This document shows positions 40,618-51,195 of a stretch of DNA of 64,000 bases, one piece after another. A program made the translations under genes and the position numbers. The stretch is from Candidatus Omnitrophota bacterium (GTDB taxonomy: Bacteria; Omnitrophota; Gorgyraeia; Gorgyraeales; Gorgyraeaceae). The first letter of the stretch is position 1, and every line of letters starts with the position of its first letter. Under the pieces are notes generated by a model. That model saw nothing but the letters and a program-made list of their open reading frames with translations. It was not told the DNA's origin and ran no database searches. Where the stretch lies: positions 23,109-87,108 of the forward strand of contig JAUSEX010000020.1 in NCBI GenBank assembly GCA_030649895.1, given 5' to 3'.

Positions 40618-42189
40618 ATGCGAGAAATCAAGATTTACGATACTACATTGAGGGATGGGTCGCAGGGAGAAGGCATCTCTTTCTCTGTAATGGACAAGAT
40701 AAAGATCGCTAAGAGATTAGATGATTTCGGGGTTCATTATATAGAAGGAGGATGGCCGGGCTCTAACCCGAAGGATATGGAATTCTTCAGGCAGGCAAAA
40801 AAGCTTAAATTTAAGAATTCCGAGATTGTAGCATTCGGCAGCACTAGGCGCCCAAAGATTAGCCCTCAAGACGACGAAAACCTTCACGCGCTTATAAAGT
40901 CAGGCGCGAGTTCGGTTGCAATTTTTGGCAAGACGTGGGATATGCATGTAATAGACGTCCTCAAGGTTTCTTTGCAGGAAAATCTTAAAATGATCAAGGA
41001 TACCGTAGAATTTCTGAAGTCTAAAAAGCTGTACGTGTTTTACGACGCAGAGCACTTTTTTGACGGGTATCTGAAAAATAAAGATTATAGCCTGGAAACC
41101 CTGCGTTCCGCTGTAAGCGCAGGATGCGATGCAGTGGTTTTGTGCGACACGAACGGCGGGATGCTCACAAACGAATTAGCTGTTATTGTCAGGACGATTT
41201 CCAGCGAATGCCACGATGTCAACCTTGGTATCCACACTCATAATGATGGCGGATTAGCAGTGGCGAATACTATAGTTGCGGTTGAAGCAGGCGCAAATAT
41301 TGTTCAGGGGACTGTAAATGGTTACGGCGAAAGGTGCGGTAATGCAGACCTGTGCGCTATTATTCCAAATCTTCAGCTAAAGCTGGGATATAAATGCGTC
41401 TCTGAATCCAGGCTTAAAGAATTAACCGAGGTGTCCAGGTATGTGAGCGAGATCTCAAACATGAAACCTCAGGATAATCAGCCTTTTACGGGCAGGAGCG
41501 CTTTTGCCCATAAAGGAGGGGTTCATATCAATGCGGTCATGAAAAATCCCGTGTCTTATGAGCATATGGCGCCTGAAAAAATCGGTAACCACAGAAGGAT
41601 CCTGGTTTCTGAATTATCCGGCAAGACCAGTATTATCCTAAGGGCGAAAGAGATGGAGCTGGATCTTACAAAGGATGATCCAAAGACAAAGAAAATATTA
41701 AGGTTGGTCCAATTAATGGAAAACCAGGGCTATCATTTTGAAGCAGCTGACGGGTCTTTTGAGCTCTTGATGAAAAAGGCATTAAAGAAATATAAGCCAT
41801 TTTTTACTCTTGAGGGATTTAAGGTGAGCATTGAAAAAAGAGAGGACGATACTCTCATCTCAGAAGCTATTATAAAGCTTAACGTAAATAAAAAAGAAGA
41901 ACATACTGCGGCTTTGGGCGACGGGCCTGTAAACGCTTTGGATAACGCGTTGCGCAAAGCCCTTGCGAAGTTTTATCCTACGCTTTCCAAGATGCACTTG
42001 TCTGATTTCAAAGTAAGGGTGCTGGATGAAAAGGCAGGCACTGCCGCTAAAGTAAGAGTCCTTATCCAATCCCAGGATGAAAATAGTTCCTGGGGCACTG
42101 TAGGAGTTTCTGAAAATATTATAGAAGCTAGCTGGCAGGCCCTTGTGGATAGCGTGGAATACAAGCTATTAAAAGATAAGGTCAGATAG
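40618..42189 (+). CDS. cimA: Citramalate synthase (LeuA/CimA family)
   Basis: YDTTLRDGSQGE, EGGWPGSNPKD, DAEHFFDG, HTHND, AFAHKGGVH. Confidence 0.9.
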   Translation: MREIKIYDTTLRDGSQGEGISFSVMDKIKIAKRLDDFGVHYIEGGWPGSNPKDMEFFRQAKKLKFKNSEIVAFGSTRRPKISPQDDENLHALIKSGASSVAIFGKTWDMHVIDVLKVSLQENLKMIKDTVEFLKSKKLYVFYDAEHFFDGYLKNKDYSLETLRSAVSAGCDAVVLCDTNGGMLTNELAVIVRTISSECHDVNLGIHTHNDGGLAVANTIVAVEAGANIVQGTVNGYGERCGNADLCAIIPNLQLKLGYKCVSESRLKELTEVSRYVSEISNMKPQDNQPFTGRSAFAHKGGVHINAVMKNPVSYEHMAPEKIGNHRRILVSELSGKTSIILRAKEMELDLTKDDPKTKKILRLVQLMENQGYHFEAADGSFELLMKKALKKYKPFFTLEGFKVSIEKREDDTLISEAIIKLNVNKKEEHTAALGDGPVNALDNALRKALAKFYPTLSKMHLSDFKVRVLDEKAGTAAKVRVLIQSQDENSSWGTVGVSENIIEASWQALVDSVEYKLLKDKVR

Positions 42190-42196
42190 TCTCTCC

Positions 42197-44971
42197 ATGA
42201 AAGACATACCTCCAAGATATAATCCAAAAGATTACGAAGAATCCATTTATTCTAAATGGGAAAAGAGCGGTTTTTTTCATCAGGAGCCCGACCTTTCGAA
42301 AAAACCTTTTACGATAGTGATTCCTCCTCCCAATGTTACGGGTATTCTTCATATGGGGCACGCGTTAAATAATACAATACAGGATATCCTGGTAAGATGG
42401 AAGAGGATGCAGGGGTTTGCAAGTCTCTGGGTGCCTGGCACTGACCACGCAGGCATAGCCACCCAAAACGTAGTGGAGAAGAGCCTGGCCAGGAAAGGCG
42501 TAACAAGGCAATTGTTAGGCAGAGAAAAGTTCGTAGACGAGGTCTGGAAATGGCGGGAGCAGTATGGCGATACCATTATAATGCAGCTTAAAAGGCTGGG
42601 CGCGTCATGCGATTGGGAAAGAACCCGCTTTACTATGGATAAAGGCCTTTCGGAAGCCGTGCTTGAAGCGTTTGTCCGGCTTTACAATAAAGGGTTGATT
42701 TACAGGGGAAATTATATAATCAACTGGTGCCCCAGATGCCAGACAGCCCTTTCTGATGAAGAAGCGCCGCATCAGGACGTGGAAGGGAAACTGTATTACA
42801 TATTGTATCCATTCAAGGAGGCTCAAGGCGATACCCTTCAGCCTTCAGCCTTCAGCCTTCAGCCCGGTATAGTTGTGGCGACTACAAGGCCCGAGACCAT
42901 GCTTGGCGATGTGGCTGTGGCAGTAAACCCGAAAGACAGGAGATATAAAAAACTGATAGGCGCAAAACTTATGCTGCCTATCGTGGAAAAAGAAATAGAA
43001 ATTATTGCGGATGATTTTGTGGATAAAAAATTTGGCACAGGCGCTGTAAAGGTTACGCCTGCGCACGATCCCAATGATTTTGAAATGGCAAAGCGGCACG
43101 GGCTTGAACCTGTCAGGATTATGAGGCCCGATGGAAAAATGAATGAAAACGCCTCTAGGTTTAACGGAATGGACAGGTTTGAGGCGAGAAAATTAATAGT
43201 AGCTGAACTTGAAGAAAAGAAGCTGTTAATAAAAATAGAAAAGCATGATCACGCAGTAGGGCATTGTTACAGGTGCAACACCGTGATAGAGCCGTATCTG
43301 TCTTTGCAATGGTTTGTTAAGATGAAGCCATTGGCGGAACCTGCGATAGAGGCCGTAAAAAGCGGAAAGATTAAATTTTATCCAAAGAGATGGACAAAGG
43401 TTTATCTTAACTGGATGGAGAATATAAGGGACTGGTGCGTTTCAAGGCAGATATGGTGGGGGCACCGTTTGCCTGTTTACTATTGCATGGATTGCGCGAA
43501 ACAGGCAAGTGAACTCAAGGCTGATAGAGATTCTCTTGAGCCCGCAGCCTGCAGCCTGCAGCCAAATATCGGCGTTATAGTATCTAAGGTTAAACCCGAT
43601 AAATGTCCTGTCTGCGGCGGAATAGATCTGAGGCAGGATGAAGATGTGCTGGATACGTGGTTTTCGTCCTGGCTCTGGCCGTTCTCAACGCTTGGGTGGC
43701 CTGAAGAAACAAAAGACCTGGAATATTTTTATCCGACATCCGCGCTGGTGACAGCGCCTGAGATATTATTTTTTTGGGTAGCCAGAATGATAATGTCCGG
43801 AATAGAATTTAAAAAAGATATACCTTTCAGCGATGTTTATATTCATGGAACAGTGAGAGATGCGGCAGGAAAGAAAATGTCCAAATCTCTGGGGAACATA
43901 ATAGACCCGCTGGAAATAATAGACGGATTTAGCGCAGATGCTTTAAGATTCAGCATTATATCTATAACATCTGCCGGGCAGGATGTATTTTTATCTAAAG
44001 AAAAATTCGAGATAGGCAGAAATTTTGCAAATAAGATATGGAATGCGTCGCGGTTCGTGCTGATGAACGTTGCGGCGGATGACTTCTCGACTCGGCCTGC
44101 GGCCTCGCTTGGAGAATATAGCGCCCCAGGGACGAGTCTGGAGCTATCCATCGCTGATAAGTGGATTTTAAGCAGATTAAGCAGGACAATAGACGCGACG
44201 ACAAAGGCGTTGAAGATTTACAGGTTTAATGAAGCAGAGGGCCTGGTTTATGATTTTTTCTGGCACGATTTTTGCGACTGGTATGTGGAGATGGTTAAGC
44301 CGCAGATTATGACTCAGGGCTCCGGACCAGAGGACGGGGGAGCGAAAGATGTTTTGATACATGTGCTGGAGGATTCGCTGAAGTTGCTACATCCTTTTAT
44401 GCCGTTCGTGACAGAAGCTATCTGGCAGAATATCAAGGAAAGAGAAAGTATAATGGTTTCAAAATGGCCTGAGCCTGAAAAGCGCTACGTAAATAAACAG
44501 ATAGAATCCGATATAGAGGTGATGAAGGAGGCTATTGTGAATATCAGGAATATACGTTCCGATATGAACATACCCTATTCAAAAAAGCTTACAGTGAATA
44601 TTGTCCCGTTGAAGCCTGGGGTTGAAGCTATCCTGTCTGGCAGCGTGAAATATATCAAGAGTTTGGCGCAGCTTGAGAATCTGATAATAGACGCTAAACT
44701 GAAGAAACCAAAAAGTTCCCTGAGCGCAGTTACTGAGAATTTCAATATGTTTGTACCTCTGGAGGGCGTTATAGATATAGAAGCAGAAAAGGCCAGGCTT
44801 TTTAAGAAGCAAGACGCGTTAAAACAGCAGCTTTTATTGACTGGAAAAAGGCTTAAAGATAAGAATTTCATGGGCAATGCGCCTGATAATGTAATAAACG
44901 CGGAGCAGGAGAAGGCTGAAAAAATCAAAGAGCAGATAGGCAGGCTGGGGAAAACAATCAAGGATTTATGA
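42197..44971 (+). CDS. valS: Valine--tRNA ligase
   Basis: PPPNVTGILHMGH, GTDHAGIATQ, DWCVSRQIWWGH, DTWFSS, KMSKS. Confidence 0.98.
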   Translation: MKDIPPRYNPKDYEESIYSKWEKSGFFHQEPDLSKKPFTIVIPPPNVTGILHMGHALNNTIQDILVRWKRMQGFASLWVPGTDHAGIATQNVVEKSLARKGVTRQLLGREKFVDEVWKWREQYGDTIIMQLKRLGASCDWERTRFTMDKGLSEAVLEAFVRLYNKGLIYRGNYIINWCPRCQTALSDEEAPHQDVEGKLYYILYPFKEAQGDTLQPSAFSLQPGIVVATTRPETMLGDVAVAVNPKDRRYKKLIGAKLMLPIVEKEIEIIADDFVDKKFGTGAVKVTPAHDPNDFEMAKRHGLEPVRIMRPDGKMNENASRFNGMDRFEARKLIVAELEEKKLLIKIEKHDHAVGHCYRCNTVIEPYLSLQWFVKMKPLAEPAIEAVKSGKIKFYPKRWTKVYLNWMENIRDWCVSRQIWWGHRLPVYYCMDCAKQASELKADRDSLEPAACSLQPNIGVIVSKVKPDKCPVCGGIDLRQDEDVLDTWFSSWLWPFSTLGWPEETKDLEYFYPTSALVTAPEILFFWVARMIMSGIEFKKDIPFSDVYIHGTVRDAAGKKMSKSLGNIIDPLEIIDGFSADALRFSIISITSAGQDVFLSKEKFEIGRNFANKIWNASRFVLMNVAADDFSTRPAASLGEYSAPGTSLELSIADKWILSRLSRTIDATTKALKIYRFNEAEGLVYDFFWHDFCDWYVEMVKPQIMTQGSGPEDGGAKDVLIHVLEDSLKLLHPFMPFVTEAIWQNIKERESIMVSKWPEPEKRYVNKQIESDIEVMKEAIVNIRNIRSDMNIPYSKKLTVNIVPLKPGVEAILSGSVKYIKSLAQLENLIIDAKLKKPKSSLSAVTENFNMFVPLEGVIDIEAEKARLFKKQDALKQQLLLTGKRLKDKNFMGNAPDNVINAEQEKAEKIKEQIGRLGKTIKDL
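42821..42863. repeat. Heptamer array (CCTTCAG)x4 in-frame in valS; second array at 43513-43563
   Basis: ccttcagccttcagccttcagccttcag; cccgcagcctgcagcctgcagcc. Confidence 0.75.
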
Positions 44972-45852
44972 AGCTAACAAAAGAAAAAATATTTCCGATA
45001 ATCATAAGCGCCCTGAAAGAAGATATCGGTTCGGGCGATATTACGAGTTCTGTTGTGTTTGAAAAAGACGTCAGCTTATTAGCGCATATTGTGGCGCAAG
45101 AAAGGTGCGTTTTAGCCGGCATAGATGTTGCCAGATGGACCTTTGACGCAGTGGATGAAAAAATAGCGTTTACAGCTTTATGCAAAGACGGGGACAACGT
45201 TAAAAAAGGCAAAAGGATTATATCGGTAAAAGGTTCCGCCAGGAGCGTATTGACAGCCGAGAGGACGGTTTTAAATTTTCTCAGTCACCTGTCCGGCGTG
45301 GCTACGATTACAAATATATTCGCAAGAGAAGTCAAAGGCACGGATGCAGAAATATATGACACAAGAAAAACTACCCCTGGGCTCAGGGAACTGGAGAAGT
45401 ATGCCGTTGCAATCGGCGGCGGATTTAGTTACAGGATTGGATTATGGGATGGGATTATGATAAAGGATAATCACTTGTCGGGCTTAAGGCTCAAGGCTTC
45501 CCTCGACTTCGCCCGGGACAGGCAAGGCTCGAAGGTAAAAGCCATAAAGGCGGCTGTAGAAGCATTTAAAAATAAAGGATATAAGAATATAGAGGTTGAG
45601 GTAGAAACGTTAGCAGAATTTCAAGAAGCCCTGGAAGCAGGCGCGGATATTATAATGCTGGATAATATGGAGCCGGAAGATATAAAAAAGGCCGAAAAAC
45701 TCAGAAAGGGCTCAAATGTAATTTTAGAAGCTTCCGGCGGAATCAGCACGGAGAACATAAAAAAGATCGCTAAAACAGGGGTAGATAGAATTTCCATAGG
45801 CAGGATTACCCACTCAGCTCCTTCGATAGATTTTTCATTAGAAATAGCATAG
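44968..45852 (+). CDS. nadC: Quinolinate phosphoribosyltransferase
   Basis: EDIGSGDITS, AERTVLN, DTRKTTPG, IKDNH, IMLDN, EASGG. Confidence 0.96.
   Translation: MKLTKEKIFPIIISALKEDIGSGDITSSVVFEKDVSLLAHIVAQERCVLAGIDVARWTFDAVDEKIAFTALCKDGDNVKKGKRIISVKGSARSVLTAERTVLNFLSHLSGVATITNIFAREVKGTDAEIYDTRKTTPGLRELEKYAVAIGGGFSYRIGLWDGIMIKDNHLSGLRLKASLDFARDRQGSKVKAIKAAVEAFKNKGYKNIEVEVETLAEFQEALEAGADIIMLDNMEPEDIKKAEKLRKGSNVILEASGGISTENIKKIAKTGVDRISIGRITHSAPSIDFSLEIA
45481..45535 (+). repeat. Heptamer array with a nested 24-bp hairpin element (45499-45522) inside nadC
   Basis: ggcttaaggctcaaggct[tccctcgacttcgcccgggacagg]caaggctcgaagg. Confidence 0.8.
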
Positions 45853-45997
45853 TAATCGCGAAACTATACGGAAGCGGTTGTCCGTTATGTTTGTAACTGA
45901 CGCGGGAAAACGCGGAAATCCAAGTTTAATTTCAGCGTAATCCCGCGTTGCGTCCTGCGTATTTCTGCGATCAACAAAGGTAGCAAGGTATAGGATT

Positions 45998-48013
45998 ATG
46001 TCCAAATTTGAATTAATCAGTTCATTTAAGCCGTGCGGGGATCAGCAGCAGGCTATAGATAAGCTTATTGACGGTCTGCAAAAACGCCTGAAGCGTCAGA
46101 CGCTTCTTGGGGTCACGGGCAGCGGCAAGACGTTTACTATGGCTAACGTGGTGGCTAATATTCAGAAGCCAACGCTTGTGATCTCGCATAATAAAACTCT
46201 GGCTGCTCAGTTATACAGCGAATTCAAAGAGTTTTTTCCTCATAATGCCGTAGAATATTTTGTCAGCTACTATGATTATTACCAGCCGGAGGCGTATGTG
46301 CCGCAAGCGGATATTTATATAGAAAAAGATGCTTCTATAAATGACAATATAGACAGGCTCAGGCTTTCCGCCACCAGTTCCCTGATGTCGAGGACAGATG
46401 TTATTATAGTTGCGAGCGTTTCGTGCATTTACGGCCTTGGTTCTCCCGGGGATTACGAGGATTTATTGTTATTTTTAAAAAAAGGAGATATTATAAAAAG
46501 AAACGACCTGTTATTCAGGCTTGTAAATATACATTACGCCAGGAATGACATTGATTTTAAGAGAGGTTGTTTCAGGGTCAGGGGAGATACAATAGATATC
46601 TTTCCTGCGTATAAAGAGACCTTTTTCAGGATAATTTTTTTCGGGGATGAGGTAGAAAAGATTTCTGAATTAGATCCTGTCGGCGGAAACACCATGGCAG
46701 ATTTTATCGAAAAGATAGCCGTATATCCCGCCAAACATTTTGTTATCACCCAGGACAGGATAAACTTAGCTATACAATCAATAGAAGCGGAGCTTGGAGA
46801 GAGGCTTAAAGAATTAAGATCTCAGAATAAGTTGCTGGAGGCCCAGAGGCTTGAGTCCAGGACTCATTATGACATTGAGATGCTTCAGGAGGTGGGGTTT
46901 TGTAACGGCATCGAAAACTATTCCAGGCATTTGAGCGCCAGGGCTTCCGGCTCGAGGCCTTACTGTCTTTTGGATTATTTTCCAAAAGATTTTCTGACGA
47001 TAATAGACGAATCGCATGTTACCGTGCCGCAAATAAGGGGCATGTATAATGGAGACCGCGGCCGCAAACAGACCCTGGTTGATTATGGATTCAGGCTTCC
47101 GTCAGCCCTGGATAACAGGCCTTTAAATTTTGAAGAATTTTTAGGTATTGTCAAGGATATGATATTCGCTTCGGCTACGCCGTCGGAATATGAGCTGCAA
47201 AATTCAAACAAGATAGTCGAGCAGGTTATAAGGCCGACGGGATTATTAGACCCCGAAATAATCGTTAAGCCTACTGAAAATCAGATACAGGACCTTGTTG
47301 AAAATATAAAAGAAAGGGTTGCTAAAAAACAGAGGGTCCTGGTGACTACGTTGACAAAGAGGATGTCAGAAGATCTTGCCGGATATTTGAAAGAATTGGG
47401 CTTGAGCGTGCAGTATATACACTCGGAATTAGATACTATTGAGAGGGCGGAGATATTAAGGGATTTAAGGATGCGGAAGTTTGACTGCCTGGTGGGTATA
47501 AATTTATTAAGGGAAGGCCTGGATCTGCCGGAGGTATCTTTGGTGGCTATCCTGGATGCAGATAAAGAAGGTTTCTTGAGGTCAGAGACAGCTTTAATGC
47601 AGGTGGCGGGCAGGGCAGCCAGGAACATAGATGGCTATGTCATAATGTACGCTGATACTGTGACAAATTCAATGAGAAAGGCGATTGACGAGACGGATAG
47701 AAGAAGAAAAAAACAGGCGGAGTTTAATAAGGCGAATAATATTACGCCAAGATCCATCGAAAAGGCTATTAAGGACGGGATAGAATCGTTCAAGAAGGCA
47801 GAAGAGATCGTTATTGAGGCGGCCGGACAGAGCGAAGAAGAGTACGAAAAAGAAATGCTTATCGTTGAGCTTGAGAGAGAGATGGAGCTTTACGCTAGAA
47901 ATTTACAGTTCGAACGCGCAGCAAAATTAAGAGATAAAATAAAAGCATTAAAAGATAGGGACGGTTCTGAAGCTAATCGGAGAAGTGTCCCTGAAAAAAG
48001 GGGACAGGTTTAG
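45998..48013 (+). CDS. uvrB: Excinuclease ABC subunit B
   Basis: [44 protein letters not shown] domain. Confidence 0.98.
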   Translation: MSKFELISSFKPCGDQQQAIDKLIDGLQKRLKRQTLLGVTGSGKTFTMANVVANIQKPTLVISHNKTLAAQLYSEFKEFFPHNAVEYFVSYYDYYQPEAYVPQADIYIEKDASINDNIDRLRLSATSSLMSRTDVIIVASVSCIYGLGSPGDYEDLLLFLKKGDIIKRNDLLFRLVNIHYARNDIDFKRGCFRVRGDTIDIFPAYKETFFRIIFFGDEVEKISELDPVGGNTMADFIEKIAVYPAKHFVITQDRINLAIQSIEAELGERLKELRSQNKLLEAQRLESRTHYDIEMLQEVGFCNGIENYSRHLSARASGSRPYCLLDYFPKDFLTIIDESHVTVPQIRGMYNGDRGRKQTLVDYGFRLPSALDNRPLNFEEFLGIVKDMIFASATPSEYELQNSNKIVEQVIRPTGLLDPEIIVKPTENQIQDLVENIKERVAKKQRVLVTTLTKRMSEDLAGYLKELGLSVQYIHSELDTIERAEILRDLRMRKFDCLVGINLLREGLDLPEVSLVAILDADKEGFLRSETALMQVAGRAARNIDGYVIMYADTVTNSMRKAIDETDRRRKKQAEFNKANNITPRSIEKAIKDGIESFKKAEEIVIEAAGQSEEEYEKEMLIVELEREMELYARNLQFERAAKLRDKIKALKDRDGSEANRRSVPEKRGQV

Positions 48014-48035
48014 CTTTAGCTTCAGAACCGTCCCT
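47957..48035. repeat. Palindromic element with 20-bp perfect arms spanning the uvrB stop
   Basis: AGGGACGGTTCTGAAGCTAA ... TTAGCTTCAGAACCGTCCCT, with an inner TGTCCC/GGGACA hairpin. Confidence 0.8.
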
Positions 48036-48054
48036 GGGTACAGGTATTTACTTT

Positions 48055-49017
48055 ATGCTGGATGATAAGATTTTAGAATATTTAAAAAAACATGAGCAGG
48101 GTTATGTTTCTGGAGAAGAATTGAGCTGCGAGCTTGGGGTATCGCGGGCAGCTGTGTGGAAGCATATCGAAAATCTTAGGCAGGAAGGCTATGATATCGA
48201 GGCGTTTCCGCATCTTGGGTACAGGATGATTTCCATACCTGACCGCCTGACAGAAATAGAGTTGAAGTGGAAGTTGGAAACGGATATAATAGCCAGAAAA
48301 ATTTACTCTTACAAAGAAACGTCTTCCACGAATGACGCGGCTTATCATCTGGCTGTTAGCGGGGAGAAGGAGGGTTCTGTTGTTATAGCTGAATCGCAGA
48401 CTGCAGGGAGAGGCAGGATGGGCAGGATTTGGGTTTCGCCAAAATCCAAAGGCGCTTATTTTTCTGTTATATTAAGGCCTGAGATATTGCCGAAAGAAGT
48501 TTCCAGCATTACGCTCTTTTCTGCCCTGAGCGTTGCGAAGACCATCAGAGAAATGGTTAATCTGGCCGCATTTATAAAATGGCCGAACGATGTTTTGATA
48601 AATAATAAAAAGATATGCGGCATATTGACCGAAATGAATGCCGAGACAGATAAAATTAATTTTGTTATAATAGGCATAGGGATTAATATCAATACGAAAG
48701 AAGAGCTTTTACCAAAAGGCGCTACATCTATAATGGAGGCGCAAGGCGCAGGGGTATCAAGGGTTGAGCTTGTAAAAGGTATTTTTAAAAATCTGGACAA
48801 ATATTACAAGCTTTATAATAGCGGCCGCATAGGCGATATAATAAAGGAGTATAAAGAATTTTCAAATTTTTTAGGCACAAGGGTCCAGGTGGCATATCAT
48901 GGCGCCAATTTGGAAGGTTACGCTATTGATGTTGACAAAGACGGGGCGCTTATTTTAAGAATGGATTCGGGCCTTAACGAAAGGGTTCTTGCCGGCGATG
49001 TAACAATGTTGAGATGA
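48055..49017 (+). CDS. birA: Bifunctional biotin--ACC ligase / repressor
   Basis: N-terminal HTH VSGEELS..LGVSRAAVWKHI, QTAGRGRMGR, KWPND, KICGIL. Confidence 0.96.
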   Translation: MLDDKILEYLKKHEQGYVSGEELSCELGVSRAAVWKHIENLRQEGYDIEAFPHLGYRMISIPDRLTEIELKWKLETDIIARKIYSYKETSSTNDAAYHLAVSGEKEGSVVIAESQTAGRGRMGRIWVSPKSKGAYFSVILRPEILPKEVSSITLFSALSVAKTIREMVNLAAFIKWPNDVLINNKKICGILTEMNAETDKINFVIIGIGININTKEELLPKGATSIMEAQGAGVSRVELVKGIFKNLDKYYKLYNSGRIGDIIKEYKEFSNFLGTRVQVAYHGANLEGYAIDVDKDGALILRMDSGLNERVLAGDVTMLR

Positions 49018-49060
49018 ATAAAACATCCCGCAGGTGGCCTGCGGGGCGGAGGCGGTTAAG

Positions 49061-49807
49061 ATGTTGTTAGCTATAGATATAGGAAATACGAGTATTCATA
49101 GTGGAATTTTCAATAAGAAGGTTTTAAAGAAAACATTCAGGATATCCGCGCATTCCGTAAGCCTGGCTAAAGATTATAGATTAAAATTAAGGCCTTATGC
49201 CGGAAAAATAGACTCTGTTATTATAACAAGCGTAGTTCCAGGCGCTCTGGAAAGCATAGAGAAGATCATTAAAAAAATAATTAAAAAAGATTGCGTGGTT
49301 GTGGGCAGGGATGCGGACAGCGGGATTAAGAATCTTTATTCAAATCCAAGACAGGTGGGAACTGACAGGCTTGTAAACGCGAGGGCTGCCTATGAATTAT
49401 ACGGAGGAGAATGCGTAATTGTTGACTTTGGGACAGCTATAACAATAGATATAGTGAATAAAAAGAAGCAATATATAGGCGGGGTTATAGCGCCCGGGCC
49501 GGGCATTTCATTGTGGGCATTGTCGGAAAAAACAGCGTTATTGCCTAAGGTCGCTATTAAAAAGCCCAAGGGGATACTGGGCAGGGAGACGAAAGAGAGC
49601 ATGCTTGCAGGTATTGTATATGGATTCAGCAGTTTGTGCGATGGCATAGCGAATAAGCTGAAAAAGAAATATTGCAGGAACGCAAAGGTTGTGATCACGG
49701 GAGGTTTTTCTGAGCTCATAGGCCCTTACTGCGAAAGCGCGGATAAGATAGATGCCGATCTTACCCTTAAGGGCTTAAGATTGATAAGCGAAGGGCTCAA
49801 TGTTTAA
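49061..49807 (+). CDS. coaX: Type III pantothenate kinase
   Basis: LAIDIGNT, VGTDR, VDFGTAIT, GGVIAPG, ITGG. Confidence 0.96.
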   Translation: MLLAIDIGNTSIHSGIFNKKVLKKTFRISAHSVSLAKDYRLKLRPYAGKIDSVIITSVVPGALESIEKIIKKIIKKDCVVVGRDADSGIKNLYSNPRQVGTDRLVNARAAYELYGGECVIVDFGTAITIDIVNKKKQYIGGVIAPGPGISLWALSEKTALLPKVAIKKPKGILGRETKESMLAGIVYGFSSLCDGIANKLKKKYCRNAKVVITGGFSELIGPYCESADKIDADLTLKGLRLISEGLNV

Positions 49808-49862
49808 GGTTTATTTCAACGAAAAAATAGCCGCTGGTATCTTTTGACTATTGTGGATATAG

Positions 49863-50000
49863 CCTAGAACTATAACTATAGGCCCGCCAGGCCTGTTTAC
49901 TGAAGGCGGTCACGTGATTGCCGAGATGGGCGCTGGAAAGCGCGCAGCACGGGTAATAGATGAATATTTGGTGAAAAATATACAGCCTGCTATTCAGTAG
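49863..50000 (+). pseudogene. C-terminal remnant of a GltD/NfnB/SudA-like flavoprotein
   Basis: Translation PGLFTEGGHVIAEMGAGKRAARVIDEYL resembles the family C-terminus (PGVFAGGD..TVI.AMGAGK.AA..I.EYL); in-frame stop just upstream, no N-terminus. Confidence 0.6.
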
Positions 50001-50066
50001 AGCCTATAGCTGAATTTATTGTTGAAGGCTCCAGGTGAGGGCTCCAGGGATATGGGAATTAATAAT

Positions 50067-51131
50067 ATGCGGGTTTTGGTTGCCATGAGCGGCGGGGTAG
50101 ACAGTTCAGTAGCAGCAGCTGTTTTGAAGGAAGCCGGGTATGAGGTGATAGGAGCTACTATGAAAATCTGGCCTAAAGAATTATGCGGCCAGGAAAAAGA
50201 AAAATCATGCTGCTCTTTAAAAGACATCGACGACGCTAAAAAAGTTTCAGGCGTCCTGGGTATAAAACATTATGTATTAAACCTTGAAGAGGATTTTAGA
50301 AAAGGAGTGATAGATTATTTTATTGATGAATATCTTGCGGGCAGGACGCCGAATCCATGTATTGTATGCAATGAAAAAATAAAATTCGGAAGCCTGCTTA
50401 AAAAAGCGGAAGGCCTTGGATGCAATTTTATCGCAACAGGGCATTATGCCAGAATAGAAACAAAGGGTTCTTGCAGGCTAAGAGAAGCTGCCGATAAAAC
50501 AAAAGATCAGTCATATGTCCTTTTTTGCCTGAAGGCAGGCCAGCTAAAGAAGATATTATTGCCGGTAGGAAGTTTCACGAAAAATGATGTAAGGGGTAAG
50601 GCAAAAGAGCTGGGGCTTAACGTACACGATAAGCCTGATAGCCAGGAGATATGTTTTGTGCCGGATAATAATTATTCTAATTTTATAAAGAAACACAGGG
50701 ATCTGAAACATGAGAAAGGCAATATAACAGATGTATCCGGCAGGGTGCTTGGCCAGCATGCGGGTTTTTGGAATTTTACAATAGGCCAGCGTAGAGGCCT
50801 CGGTATAGCCGCTAAAACCCCGCTCTATGTTACAGAAATAAAACCGGAGGACAATGCGGTCGTTGTAGGGATTGCGAAAGATGTAAGGAAAAGTAAATTT
50901 CTGGTAAAAAAAGTCAACTGGTTAATAAAGCGCGGAGAAAATAAAAAAAACCTGGCTGTGAAAATAAGATATAATCATAAAAAGGCTTCAGCTTCTGTGA
51001 AAGATTTGGGAGGCGGCAGGGCAGAGGTGGAATTTAAAGAAGCGCAGAATGCGATAACGCCTGGCCAGGCAGCTGTTTTTTACGAAGGCGAATACGTGGC
51101 AGGCGGCGGCTGGATTGATAAGGTTCTGTAG
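50067..51131 (+). CDS. mnmA: tRNA-specific 2-thiouridylase
   Basis: [52 protein letters not shown]. Confidence 0.97.
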   Translation: MRVLVAMSGGVDSSVAAAVLKEAGYEVIGATMKIWPKELCGQEKEKSCCSLKDIDDAKKVSGVLGIKHYVLNLEEDFRKGVIDYFIDEYLAGRTPNPCIVCNEKIKFGSLLKKAEGLGCNFIATGHYARIETKGSCRLREAADKTKDQSYVLFCLKAGQLKKILLPVGSFTKNDVRGKAKELGLNVHDKPDSQEICFVPDNNYSNFIKKHRDLKHEKGNITDVSGRVLGQHAGFWNFTIGQRRGLGIAAKTPLYVTEIKPEDNAVVVGIAKDVRKSKFLVKKVNWLIKRGENKKNLAVKIRYNHKKASASVKDLGGGRAEVEFKEAQNAITPGQAAVFYEGEYVAGGGWIDKVL

Positions 51132-51195
51132 CGGCAATGATAAATGCTTCCTATCCGACTCATGGAGTCGGATAGGTTAAGAATGGAACGAGAAG

